The position numbers were made by a program, and so were the translations under genes. Below the pieces are notes generated by a model. It did not search any database and was not told where the DNA came from. It saw nothing but the letters and a program-made list of their open reading frames with translations. From contig CAVYTM010000001.1 in assembly GCA_963771555.1 (NCBI GenBank), forward strand, positions 332,859 to 396,858: a DNA stretch of 64,000 bases. Direction: 5' to 3'. Positions 56,921 to 64,000 of the stretch are shown here, piece by piece. Source of the stretch: an uncultured Thermoplasmata archaeon (GTDB lineage Archaea > Thermoplasmatota > Thermoplasmata > Lutacidiplasmatales > UBA184). Within the stretch, counting starts at the first letter, position 1, and each line of letters begins with the position of its first letter.

Positions 56921-58183
56921 GTGGTAATCTGCGTCCCCGCAACGGGTCTGGATTGCAACTCCGGCGACATTGCTTGGGTCATTGCGGCCACCGCGCTCGT
57001 TATGATCATGACCCCCGGACTGGGGTTCTTCTACGGGGGCCTGGTTCGCCGCAAGAACCTCGTCTCCACGATCGTTCAGTGCATGGCGATCTTCGCTCTC
57101 GTGAGCCTCGCCTGGGCCCTTTGGGGATACACGATGGCGTTCGGTCCGTCCGTGCTGGACGGATTCATCGGAAACTTTCAGTACTTCGGTCTGAACGGGG
57201 TCGGCTCGGCCGCCAATACGGCGTACTCCTCGACGATTCCGGCGCTCTTGTTCTTCGCCTTCCAACTGAAGTTCGCCGCGATCACACCGGCCTTGATCAT
57301 CGGCGCGTTCGCCGGACGGATTCGCCTCAAGCCGCTTCTCATCTTCATCCTCGCGTGGGTGACGTTCATCTACTTCCCCGTCGCGCACTGGGTCTGGGGG
57401 GACGGCGGCTGGTTGCACGTCATGGGCGTCGAGGACTTTGCGGGCGGCATGGTGGTCCATACCACCGCCGGGGTGAGCGCTCTCGCCGCGGCCCTCGTGA
57501 TCGGTCGAGGCATTGACTTCGGCAAGGAGAGCCGGCCGAACAACGTTCCCTACGTGATCCTCGGAACCGCGATTCTCTGGTTCGGCTGGTTCGGGTTCAA
57601 CGCGGGTAGCTCGCTCTCGGCGAACGACATCGCGGTCAACGCCTTGGTGACCACGAACCTCGCGGCCGCGGCCGCGGGCGTCAGCTGGATGCTGCTGGAC
57701 TGGATCTGGAAAGGGAAGCCCTCCGCCGTGGGAATGTGCGTGGGGTTCGTCTGCGGCCTGGCTGCGGTCACTCCTGCGGCGGGCTACGTGAGCCCCGCGT
57801 TCTCGATGGTGATCGGGGTCGTGGCGGGCATCGGATGCAACTTCGTGGTCCGCTGGCGGGCGCGAACGAAGCTGGACGACTCGCTGGACGTCTTCGCGTG
57901 TCACGGCGTCGGCGGCATGTGGGGGACGGTAGCGACCGGACTCTTCGCGTCCGTGGCGATCAACGCGGCGGGACAGAACGGCCTGGTATACGGAAACCCA
58001 CACTTCGCGCTCCTCCAGATGTTCGCGGTGGCGGTCGTGGCCACCTTCGCGTTCGTCGGGACTTATGTCATGCTGCGAGTGATCAACTACTTCTCTCCGC
58101 TGCGAGCGAATCCCGAGGAGCAAAAGGCGGGCCTCGACGAGGTCCACTTCGGAGAGGAAGCGTACTACCCGACGTCCGAGTGA
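56921..58183 (+). CDS. amt: Ammonium transporter
   Basis: GTG start. DIAWVIAATALVMIMTPGLGFFYGGLVR, AGGMVVHTTAG and FGFNAGS are present. Confidence 0.9.
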   Translation: MVICVPATGLDCNSGDIAWVIAATALVMIMTPGLGFFYGGLVRRKNLVSTIVQCMAIFALVSLAWALWGYTMAFGPSVLDGFIGNFQYFGLNGVGSAANTAYSSTIPALLFFAFQLKFAAITPALIIGAFAGRIRLKPLLIFILAWVTFIYFPVAHWVWGDGGWLHVMGVEDFAGGMVVHTTAGVSALAAALVIGRGIDFGKESRPNNVPYVILGTAILWFGWFGFNAGSSLSANDIAVNALVTTNLAAAAAGVSWMLLDWIWKGKPSAVGMCVGFVCGLAAVTPAAGYVSPAFSMVIGVVAGIGCNFVVRWRARTKLDDSLDVFACHGVGGMWGTVATGLFASVAINAAGQNGLVYGNPHFALLQMFAVAVVATFAFVGTYVMLRVINYFSPLRANPEEQKAGLDEVHFGEEAYYPTSE

Positions 58184-58238
58184 GTGCGCCCGACGATCAG
58201 CAGCGCGACCCTCACAATTGTCACTGTCGTGCGGTGCC

Positions 58239-59390
58239 CTACGAGGTGACGGGTCCCAAACGGGACAACATCCCTATCGCGGGGGGCAGCCCTGAAGGGG
58301 CAACGTATTCCGATACCGGTCGGCCGGCGACTCGAAGAACCTGGGCGGCGACCTTTCGGCAGTAGCCGCAGGCCTCGCAGGTCGTATGCTCGCAGTCCAC
58401 CGCGGCGATGTGGCGGAGGAAATCGGAAGGGAACGCTCGATTGTCGATCGTCAGGTCCGATAGCGGGGCGAAGGCACGGGCCAGCTCTCGGGCGTCCTCC
58501 CCGTCCGGCCTCTCTCCGATAAGCCGGAGGGCCGCGGAAGGGCCTTTGACTTGCACGAGGCTGAGAATGTCGGCGAGGTTGCCGGGATAGGAGCGATGGG
58601 CGTACGCCCGAGCGGATCGGACAAGCCAGTCGGTGGAACGGTTCCGGCCGGAGACCTTGAAACGGGTGACCCCGACTTCCTCGAAGACCGCCAGGTCCTC
58701 GGGCCGGACGAAGATCCCAGAGATGAGCTTGGATGGGTCCCGGACATACTCGAGACCGCACTCGAGGATCGGGTACTCGAACGCCGGGCACGGAGCTTCC
58801 GGCTGCGACGCGAGAGAGCTCGTGTTGAGGTGGTGTCCCCGGTACGGACACGAAGGTAGGCAGCTTTGATTGACCAGGATCTCAACCTCCGCTCCGAGCC
58901 GCACGAGACCGCGGATCAGCCGGAAGTCCCGGTTCGCCTCTTCCAGGATGATCGTTCGCGCGCCGAGCTTGAGGAAGTACTCCGCTTGGGTCACCGTGCG
59001 GATGCGGGCGAAGGTGGACACCGAGACGGGAACGTTGGGCCATTCCGTCCGGATCGCCTCGATGAGGGCGGGCAGGGCGACCACGAATCCGTCCACTCCG
59101 AGGTCGATGAGGTCACCGACCTCCCGAAGGAAGCGTTGCACGTAGCCGGGCCCGTATTCCTTGAGCCCGAGGTCGTTGCTGTTGAGGGTCGCGAAGAACT
59201 GGCGCGCGTGCCGGTGAACCACCTCGAGATGTGCGCGGAATCGGTCCCGGTCGACGGCCGGAAGGATCTGGGGTGGCCGACCTCCTCCCGTCAATTGGAC
59301 CGGAAATCCGCCAAAGAACGTGGAGACGGGCAGGTCGGCGGTCTTCTCGATCAACCGGTCGTCGAAGTTGGACGCCAGGACGATTTCCAT
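58239..59390 (-). CDS. Peptidase U32 family protein (RlhA/TrhP/UbiU-UbiV-type, putative Fe-S hydroxylase)
   Basis: The U32 TIM-barrel-like pattern includes VVHRHARQFFATLNS, GVDGFVVALPALIEAIR and STFARIRT. Cys clusters are NQSCLPSCPYRGHH...APCPAFEYPILECG and C-terminal CEHTTCEACGYC. I chose the start at ATG 59390. Confidence 0.65.
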   Translation of the reverse strand: MEIVLASNFDDRLIEKTADLPVSTFFGGFPVQLTGGGRPPQILPAVDRDRFRAHLEVVHRHARQFFATLNSNDLGLKEYGPGYVQRFLREVGDLIDLGVDGFVVALPALIEAIRTEWPNVPVSVSTFARIRTVTQAEYFLKLGARTIILEEANRDFRLIRGLVRLGAEVEILVNQSCLPSCPYRGHHLNTSSLASQPEAPCPAFEYPILECGLEYVRDPSKLISGIFVRPEDLAVFEEVGVTRFKVSGRNRSTDWLVRSARAYAHRSYPGNLADILSLVQVKGPSAALRLIGERPDGEDARELARAFAPLSDLTIDNRAFPSDFLRHIAAVDCEHTTCEACGYCRKVAAQVLRVAGRPVSEYVAPSGLPPAIGMLSRLGPVTS

Positions 59391-59479
59391 CGACCCGGAC
59401 ACGACGGGCGGTATGTGAGCCGGTTCCCGCACCGGTGCGGTCGAAGAAACATGGCTCGGGACGGGTTCGGACGTTCGGT

Positions 59480-59890
59480 ATGGCGCCGAGCGCGGAAGTG
59501 ATTCCTTCCCTTCTTGTGATCCGGCGCGAACTCGAGGAGGTCGACCGAGCGCTCGTATTCCTCGTGGCGGCACGCGTGGAGACCGCGTCGTCGGCCATTC
59601 GAATCCGCTCCGAACATGATGGACTCCTTTCGGACGCCGCCCAGGAGGAGGTCGTCCTCTCCCGAGCGAAGAGATGGGCCGAGCAGGCGGGGGTCCCGTC
59701 CGAATTGGTGGAGACGATCTTCCATGCCATGTTGACCGCGGGGAAAGAACGAGTTGCGGCCTCGCGAGCAGCCCACCCCGCCGCGGTCCGGTCGGTCCCG
59801 GCACGAGGAACGGGTCGTGATCGCCGGATCGTGGCTCCGCGACGGAGACCGAACGATTCCGACCGTCCGGAAAGCCCGGGTCCGACGTGA
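59480..59890 (+). CDS. AroQ-type chorismate mutase-like protein
   Basis: IRRELEEVDRALVFLVAARVETASSAIRIRSEHDGLLSDAAQEEVVLSR aligns without gaps to my recollection of the E. coli CM domain. The equivalents of R11, D18, R28, D48 and E52 are kept, while K39 is Arg and R51 is Gln. Confidence 0.45.
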   Translation: MAPSAEVIPSLLVIRRELEEVDRALVFLVAARVETASSAIRIRSEHDGLLSDAAQEEVVLSRAKRWAEQAGVPSELVETIFHAMLTAGKERVAASRAAHPAAVRSVPARGTGRDRRIVAPRRRPNDSDRPESPGPT

Positions 59891-59939
59891 CCTTCCGGGG
59901 ACCCGACGGCGGATTCCTCTGGTATTCCGAGGCCTTCGG

Positions 59940-60611
59940 TTAGGGCGGTCGGTCCCCCAACGGCTCAGCCTGGAACCTTTGGGCGGCCATCTTGGTCGTC
60001 GCCTTTCGCAGGAGCTCGAGAGCGGTCGACCGACCGACCCCGAGACGATTCGCGAGCGTTGCGAGGGAAGCCTTGCGGGGATAATCAAAGTAACCGAGCT
60101 CGAACGCGAGCCTCAGTGCCCGTTCCTGCCGCCCGGTGAGGCCCCAACGCTTCCGATACGCTCCCGCTCGGATGAGGGAAGGTCGGGGTGCGCCGCGTCG
60201 GGCGGACGCTTGGAGGAGCCGACGGGCATCGGCGATCTGCGGGACGAGGACATTCCAGGTCGCCGGCACGGATTTCTCGTCCGATCCGAGGAACGGACAA
60301 CTGATGCAGAAATCGCCCAGGTCGAACGCCACGGAACAGGAAGCGGGCATCGGAACGGCCACGCGAAGGAGCGCCCGGTCCGGGCCGAGGCCCGCCGCGG
60401 CGATGTCGCGCGCGGCGACCCGCGCACGGAGACGTCGGACCACGCTACCGATCTGCACTCCGTCCGACTGGATCTCGAATAGTCGGAGGAGGCGCCGTCG
60501 ACCCCGGTCGGTGGGTCGGCAGCCGAGGAGTCGGAACGCAACGCCTTCGGATCGCAACGTCGCGATGACCCAATCGTCCGATTCGACTCCGTTCAGGACG
60601 ACCTCGACCAT
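59940..60611 (-). CDS. HTH_10 (bacterio-opsin activator-type) transcriptional regulator
   Basis: The C-terminal HTH reads LTGRQERALRLAFELGYFDYPRKASLATLANRLGVGRSTALELLRKA. I chose the start at MVEVV (60611). Confidence 0.65.
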   Translation of the reverse strand: MVEVVLNGVESDDWVIATLRSEGVAFRLLGCRPTDRGRRRLLRLFEIQSDGVQIGSVVRRLRARVAARDIAAAGLGPDRALLRVAVPMPASCSVAFDLGDFCISCPFLGSDEKSVPATWNVLVPQIADARRLLQASARRGAPRPSLIRAGAYRKRWGLTGRQERALRLAFELGYFDYPRKASLATLANRLGVGRSTALELLRKATTKMAAQRFQAEPLGDRPP

Positions 60612-60806
60612 CGGGGGCGATTCGACCGGTTCGCCGTTCGGGTGCTGGCGGGTCCTACCGGAGGTCACGCCGATTCGGCCCGGGGACAGGGGCACTCCCA
60701 ACCCTCCTCGTGGATTCGGTGGGTGCATCGTATTTGGGTGCCCCGTCGGGCTCGATTGACGGGAGCGACCCCCGAGGAAGGCTCCTCGGGCACCGATGGG
60801 GGGTTG

Positions 60807-61874
60807 CTAGGCAACGGGCGTGGCGAAGGTTGGCATGTAGTCTTCGGGAGGCCGTCCGACGATCGGGATCTTCTCGCCGCACTTCCGGCAGCAATTCTCG
60901 GCGTCGAGCCGCCAGGACTGGATGGTGAACCCGAACCGGCGGACGGCCACGGTCCCGCATCCGGGACAGTAGGTGTGCTCGAGCGGATGGCCCCAAACGT
61001 TCCCGAGGTACACGTAGTCGAGCCCCTCGGCTTTCGCCACGCGATGCAACTTCTCGAGGGTCGCGACGGGGGTCTCGGGAAGGTCCATCATCTTGTAGTC
61101 GGGGTGGAACCGGAGGAGGTGGAACGGCGTGGCGGGGCCGAGTTCGTCCCGAACGAACCGAACCAGTTTCCTCGTCGCGTCGACCGACTCGCCCACCTCG
61201 GGGACGATCAGGTCGGTCACCTCGACATGGACCCCTCGCTTACGGAGGGCCACCGCGGAATCGAAGATCGGCTCCGGACCTTTCGCGGCGACATACTTCC
61301 TCAGGAATCCGGGTTCGCCGCTCCCTTTGAAATCGACGCTGACCGCATCGAGGTGGGGGCCGATCAAACCGACGGCTTCGGGGGTCATGTATCCGTTCGT
61401 GACGAAGTTCGCGAAGAGACCTGCCTTGTGCGCCTCCTGGATCACGTCGACCGCGTACTCGGCGAAAATCGACGGTTCGTTGTACGTGAACGTCACCCCG
61501 CTGCATCCGAACCTCCGGGCCTGCGTTACGGCAGCGTGCGGAGGAAGGGAGCGGCCGACGACCTCCCGTTCCTGGGAGATCTCGGCGTTCTGACAGTATT
61601 GGCAGCGCCAATTGCAACCGACCGTGCCGATCGAGAAGACACGCGTGCCGGGATGGAAGTGGGAGAGGGGTTTCTTCTCGATCGGGTCGACCTGGACCGC
61701 GGACGCCTTTCCGTAGCTCAAGAGGACGAGCCGGCCCCCCACATTCTTTCGAACGAAGCAGAACCCGTGGGACCCCTCCGGGATCGTGCAGTAGCGGGCA
61801 CACGCCGTACACCGTACCTTCCGGTCCGAGATCGGCTCGTACAGCGACGCAGTATGCCCGACGAGGGCGGCCAT
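60807..61874 (-). CDS. AmmeMemoRadiSam-system radical SAM enzyme (PflA-like activase family)
   Basis: N-terminal VRCTACARYCTIPEGSHGFCFVR, VDPIEKKPLSHFHPG, the radical SAM cluster GCNWRCQYCQN and a C-terminal CPGCG...CRKCG are present. Confidence 0.85.
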   Translation of the reverse strand: MAALVGHTASLYEPISDRKVRCTACARYCTIPEGSHGFCFVRKNVGGRLVLLSYGKASAVQVDPIEKKPLSHFHPGTRVFSIGTVGCNWRCQYCQNAEISQEREVVGRSLPPHAAVTQARRFGCSGVTFTYNEPSIFAEYAVDVIQEAHKAGLFANFVTNGYMTPEAVGLIGPHLDAVSVDFKGSGEPGFLRKYVAAKGPEPIFDSAVALRKRGVHVEVTDLIVPEVGESVDATRKLVRFVRDELGPATPFHLLRFHPDYKMMDLPETPVATLEKLHRVAKAEGLDYVYLGNVWGHPLEHTYCPGCGTVAVRRFGFTIQSWRLDAENCCRKCGEKIPIVGRPPEDYMPTFATPVA

Positions 61875-61978
61875 CGTTGCTCTCCTGGAATACAGAGACG
61901 GGGCGGACGATAAGGGTGGTCCCGTGCCGGCAGCTCGAGCCGAAGGTTCATCTGCGCCGGAACGTCCCCGGGAGCTCG

Positions 61979-63385
61979 ATGACGGACCACGGCGGAGCCC
62001 CTGAGAAGGCCGCGGAGGCGGTCGAGCGCGAGGTGACCGCCCGCATCACTCCGTCCGTCGACTTCTTGGACCGCGTCGCGAAGGTGCGCGTCGCGCTGGT
62101 CGAGCGCGTCACCGCGGCGGCTCGGGCGCGCTCGAGTCCGCTCACTCGAGCGCTCGTCGCCGGAAGCGCCGCGCGCGGGACGTTCCTCCAGGACCGCCTG
62201 GACGTCGACCTTTTCCTCCTCTTCTCCCCGGACCTCTCGCGGGACCGATTGCGCGAGGAAGGGTTGGCCCTCGGCCGCGCGGTCCTCTCGAATCCTACAA
62301 CCCGCTACGCGGAACATCCCTACCTGCGGGGAAACTTCGAGGGTTTCACGGTGGACGCCGTGCCGGGTTTCGCCATCACCGACCCGTCGCATCCTCTTTC
62401 TCCCGTCGACCGGACCCCGTTTCATCAGGAGTACCTCGCCGCGCGCGAGACCCCCCCGCTCGTCGAACAGGTCCGGCTCGCGAAGCAGTTCTTCCGCTCC
62501 CTTGGGGTGTACGGCTCGGAGGCAAGAACGGAGGGACTGTCGGGCTACCTGGTCGAGCTTCTGGTGCTCCGTTTCGGCTCGCTGCGAAAATTGCTGCTGG
62601 CCGCGCGGGACTGGCGGGTCCCCGTTCGGCTGGCCGAGCCCGGAAAGGAGCCGCCCCGGCTTCCGGCCGACGTGGCGCTCGTGCTCGCGGACCCCGTCGA
62701 CCCGAATCGCAACGTGGCGAGCGCCCTCTCACGCCGGAACGTCGGTCTGTTCATTCTGGCCGCCGGAGCGTACCTCGACCACCCGAGCCCCCGCTTCTTT
62801 GCTCTTCGGGCGGATCGGCCGCTCTCGAAGGAGGCGGCCCTTGCCCTCGTACTAGCGCGTGGCACGCACGTGACCGTCACCGTTCTCGCGAGGCCGGATC
62901 TAGTCGACGATACGCTCTATCCCCAGGTTCGCAAGGCGGCGCGGGCCGTCGCCGAGGAGCTCTCCCGCTCCGACTTCACGGTCCTCGGGGAGGCCAGCGC
63001 TGCGGACCCGAGCTCCGTGGTGATCGTCGTCGAGCTCGCGCATCCGCGTCGTCCCCAGGTCCGGGTGCAGGACGGGCCTCCCGCCGGAGTCGACCGGACC
63101 GGCCATTTTCTCGAGAAGTGGGGGGCGAAGGACGCCCAGCTCCTGCAGGGACCGTACGTCCGGCCCGACGGAAGCCTCGGCGTGGACGCCCACCGTGCCG
63201 CCCGCGACGCGGAGGCGGTCTTGCTCGCGGCGTTCCCCCGCCTTTCGCTCGGAAGGGACCTCACCCCTAAGGAAGGGAGCCCGAGCGTCGTGCGGACGCT
63301 CGCGAACGCGGAGGAAAGCCCCGCGCTCGGAGATGCGCTTCGAGAGCTCCTCGGGAAACGGTTGCCCTGGCTGGACGAGAGCTGA
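61979..63385 (+). CDS. cca: CCA-adding enzyme (archaeal class I tRNA nucleotidyltransferase)
   Basis: GSAARGTFLQDRLDVDLFLLF is the nucleotidyltransferase motif. AEHPYLRG, VDRTPFH and GLSGYLVELLVLRFGS are also present. I chose the start at ATG 61979. Confidence 0.85.
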   Translation: MTDHGGAPEKAAEAVEREVTARITPSVDFLDRVAKVRVALVERVTAAARARSSPLTRALVAGSAARGTFLQDRLDVDLFLLFSPDLSRDRLREEGLALGRAVLSNPTTRYAEHPYLRGNFEGFTVDAVPGFAITDPSHPLSPVDRTPFHQEYLAARETPPLVEQVRLAKQFFRSLGVYGSEARTEGLSGYLVELLVLRFGSLRKLLLAARDWRVPVRLAEPGKEPPRLPADVALVLADPVDPNRNVASALSRRNVGLFILAAGAYLDHPSPRFFALRADRPLSKEAALALVLARGTHVTVTVLARPDLVDDTLYPQVRKAARAVAEELSRSDFTVLGEASAADPSSVVIVVELAHPRRPQVRVQDGPPAGVDRTGHFLEKWGAKDAQLLQGPYVRPDGSLGVDAHRAARDAEAVLLAAFPRLSLGRDLTPKEGSPSVVRTLANAEESPALGDALRELLGKRLPWLDES

Positions 63386-63389
63386 TCCA

Positions 63390-63755
63390 CTAGATCGCGT
63401 GGGGCGACAGGTTCAGCAGGACGAACCAGAGCGCGAGCCACCCGAAGAACTCGAGCGCGATGAGACCGGCCCAGTCTCCCTTCGTGTAGATCGAGGATTT
63501 CGTCCGGAGTCGCCGGATCAGGAACGGGCTCACGGCGAGCAGAAGGATCCCGATGGGGAACGCGGCGTAGAGGGGAATGCCCGCGACCGTGAGCGCCCAG
63601 CCCAGGACCCCGAGGAGGACCGTGAACGCGCCGGCGAGGGCCAGCGCCGCGGTCATCTCGAACTCCTTGCTCACGAAGCCCACTTCGTCGAAGACCGGGA
63701 ATTCGAACGCGGCCGCCTCCTCCTCTTCCAGCTTGCGGCGGACCTTTTTCGCCAT
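63390..63755 (-). CDS. Small membrane protein (3 TM) with a charged N-terminus
   Basis: [13 protein letters not shown] is followed by three hydrophobic helices. The start codon lies 3 nt after the lipA stop. Confidence 0.55.
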   Translation of the reverse strand: MAKKVRRKLEEEEAAAFEFPVFDEVGFVSKEFEMTAALALAGAFTVLLGVLGWALTVAGIPLYAAFPIGILLLAVSPFLIRRLRTKSSIYTKGDWAGLIALEFFGWLALWFVLLNLSPHAI

Positions 63756-63758
63756 CGA

Positions 63759-64000
63759 TCAGCCTCCCCGGACGGCCCGCGCGTTGCGGTAGAGTTCCTC
63801 GGCCCGATACGAGCTTCGCACGAGTGGCCCGCATGCCGCACCCGCGAATCCCATCGCGAGCGCGCTCGCTTGCCAACGGGAGAACTCCTCGGGGGTACGT
63901 ATCGGTGCACCGGACGGTGCCTTTCGCTCGGGCGCAGGTATTGGCCGAGGGTCACGAGGTCGACCTCCGCCGCACGGAGGTCCCGCAGCGCCCCCTCGAG
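63759..64000 (-). CDS. lipA: Lipoyl synthase, C-terminal part only (the gene continues beyond the window). The frame is broken by a 1-nt deletion at G-run 63891-63895.
   Basis: [21 protein letters not shown] (one frame) is followed by [32 protein letters not shown] (the adjacent frame). Together they reproduce the conserved LipA C-terminus. Confidence 0.75.
   Translation of the reverse strand, partial: RGGAAGPPCGGGRPRDPRPIPAPERKAPSGAPIRTPEEFSRWQASALAMGFAGAACGPLVRSSYRAEELYRNARAVRGG

Noticed and set aside
1-64000. I searched by eye for CRISPR arrays, rRNA genes, transposases, toxin-antitoxin pairs and known defence-system hallmarks (RT, Cas, Argonaute, STAND, nuclease-helicase pairs).
   Set aside because: None were found. 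The only recurring non-coding repeat is the 47-nt element, with three dispersed copies that are not arrayed.

Overview
This is a GC-rich archaeal chromosomal segment. Spot counts give about 50% G+C in one island and up to 80% elsewhere. It is densely coded on both strands, with about 60 protein genes, three tRNA genes and one long gene-free, highly structured gap. Several markers point to an archaeon: class I CCA-adding enzyme, RNase P protein Rpp21, Tsr3, RIO kinase, archaeal-type GluRS with its N-terminal domain, a bulge-helix-bulge tRNA intron and a thermopsin-like protease domain. The thermopsin-like domain suggests an acidophile or Thermoplasmatota-like lineage, but that is only a guess. 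Most genes are housekeeping or accessory metabolism and transport: ribA, asnA, tmk, gltX, lipA, fbaB-type aldolase, ggt, an S9 peptidase, amt, CDF, MFS, EamA and ABC transporters, a Pat-like ACS-GNAT fusion, methyltransferases and VOC/OsmC/SRPBCC proteins.

The observations most worth a second look are:
- tRNA-Gln(CUG) carries a 34-nt intron inside the T-loop with a textbook hBHBh' motif.
- A divergent pair joins a U32-family (RlhA/TrhP/UbiU-like) protein with an AroQ chorismate-mutase-like protein.
- A heme-copper oxidase subunit I is fused to a cysteine-free, CuA-less extracellular domain, followed by a coupled 2-TM micro-subunit.
- A ~675-bp coding-free gap folds on the minus strand into a rod with two apical hairpins, resembling SRP RNA.
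- A ~47-nt element occurs three times in a lower-GC island next to tRNA-Leu.
- Three genes (surface protein, oppC-like, lipA) are each broken by a single-nt indel at a short G/C run. This is more likely sequencing error or pseudogenisation than recoding.

I found no CRISPR array, rRNA, transposase, integrase or recognisable defence system. Start codons are my best guesses. Many long ORFs in the six-frame track are GC-driven antisense artefacts and are not reported.
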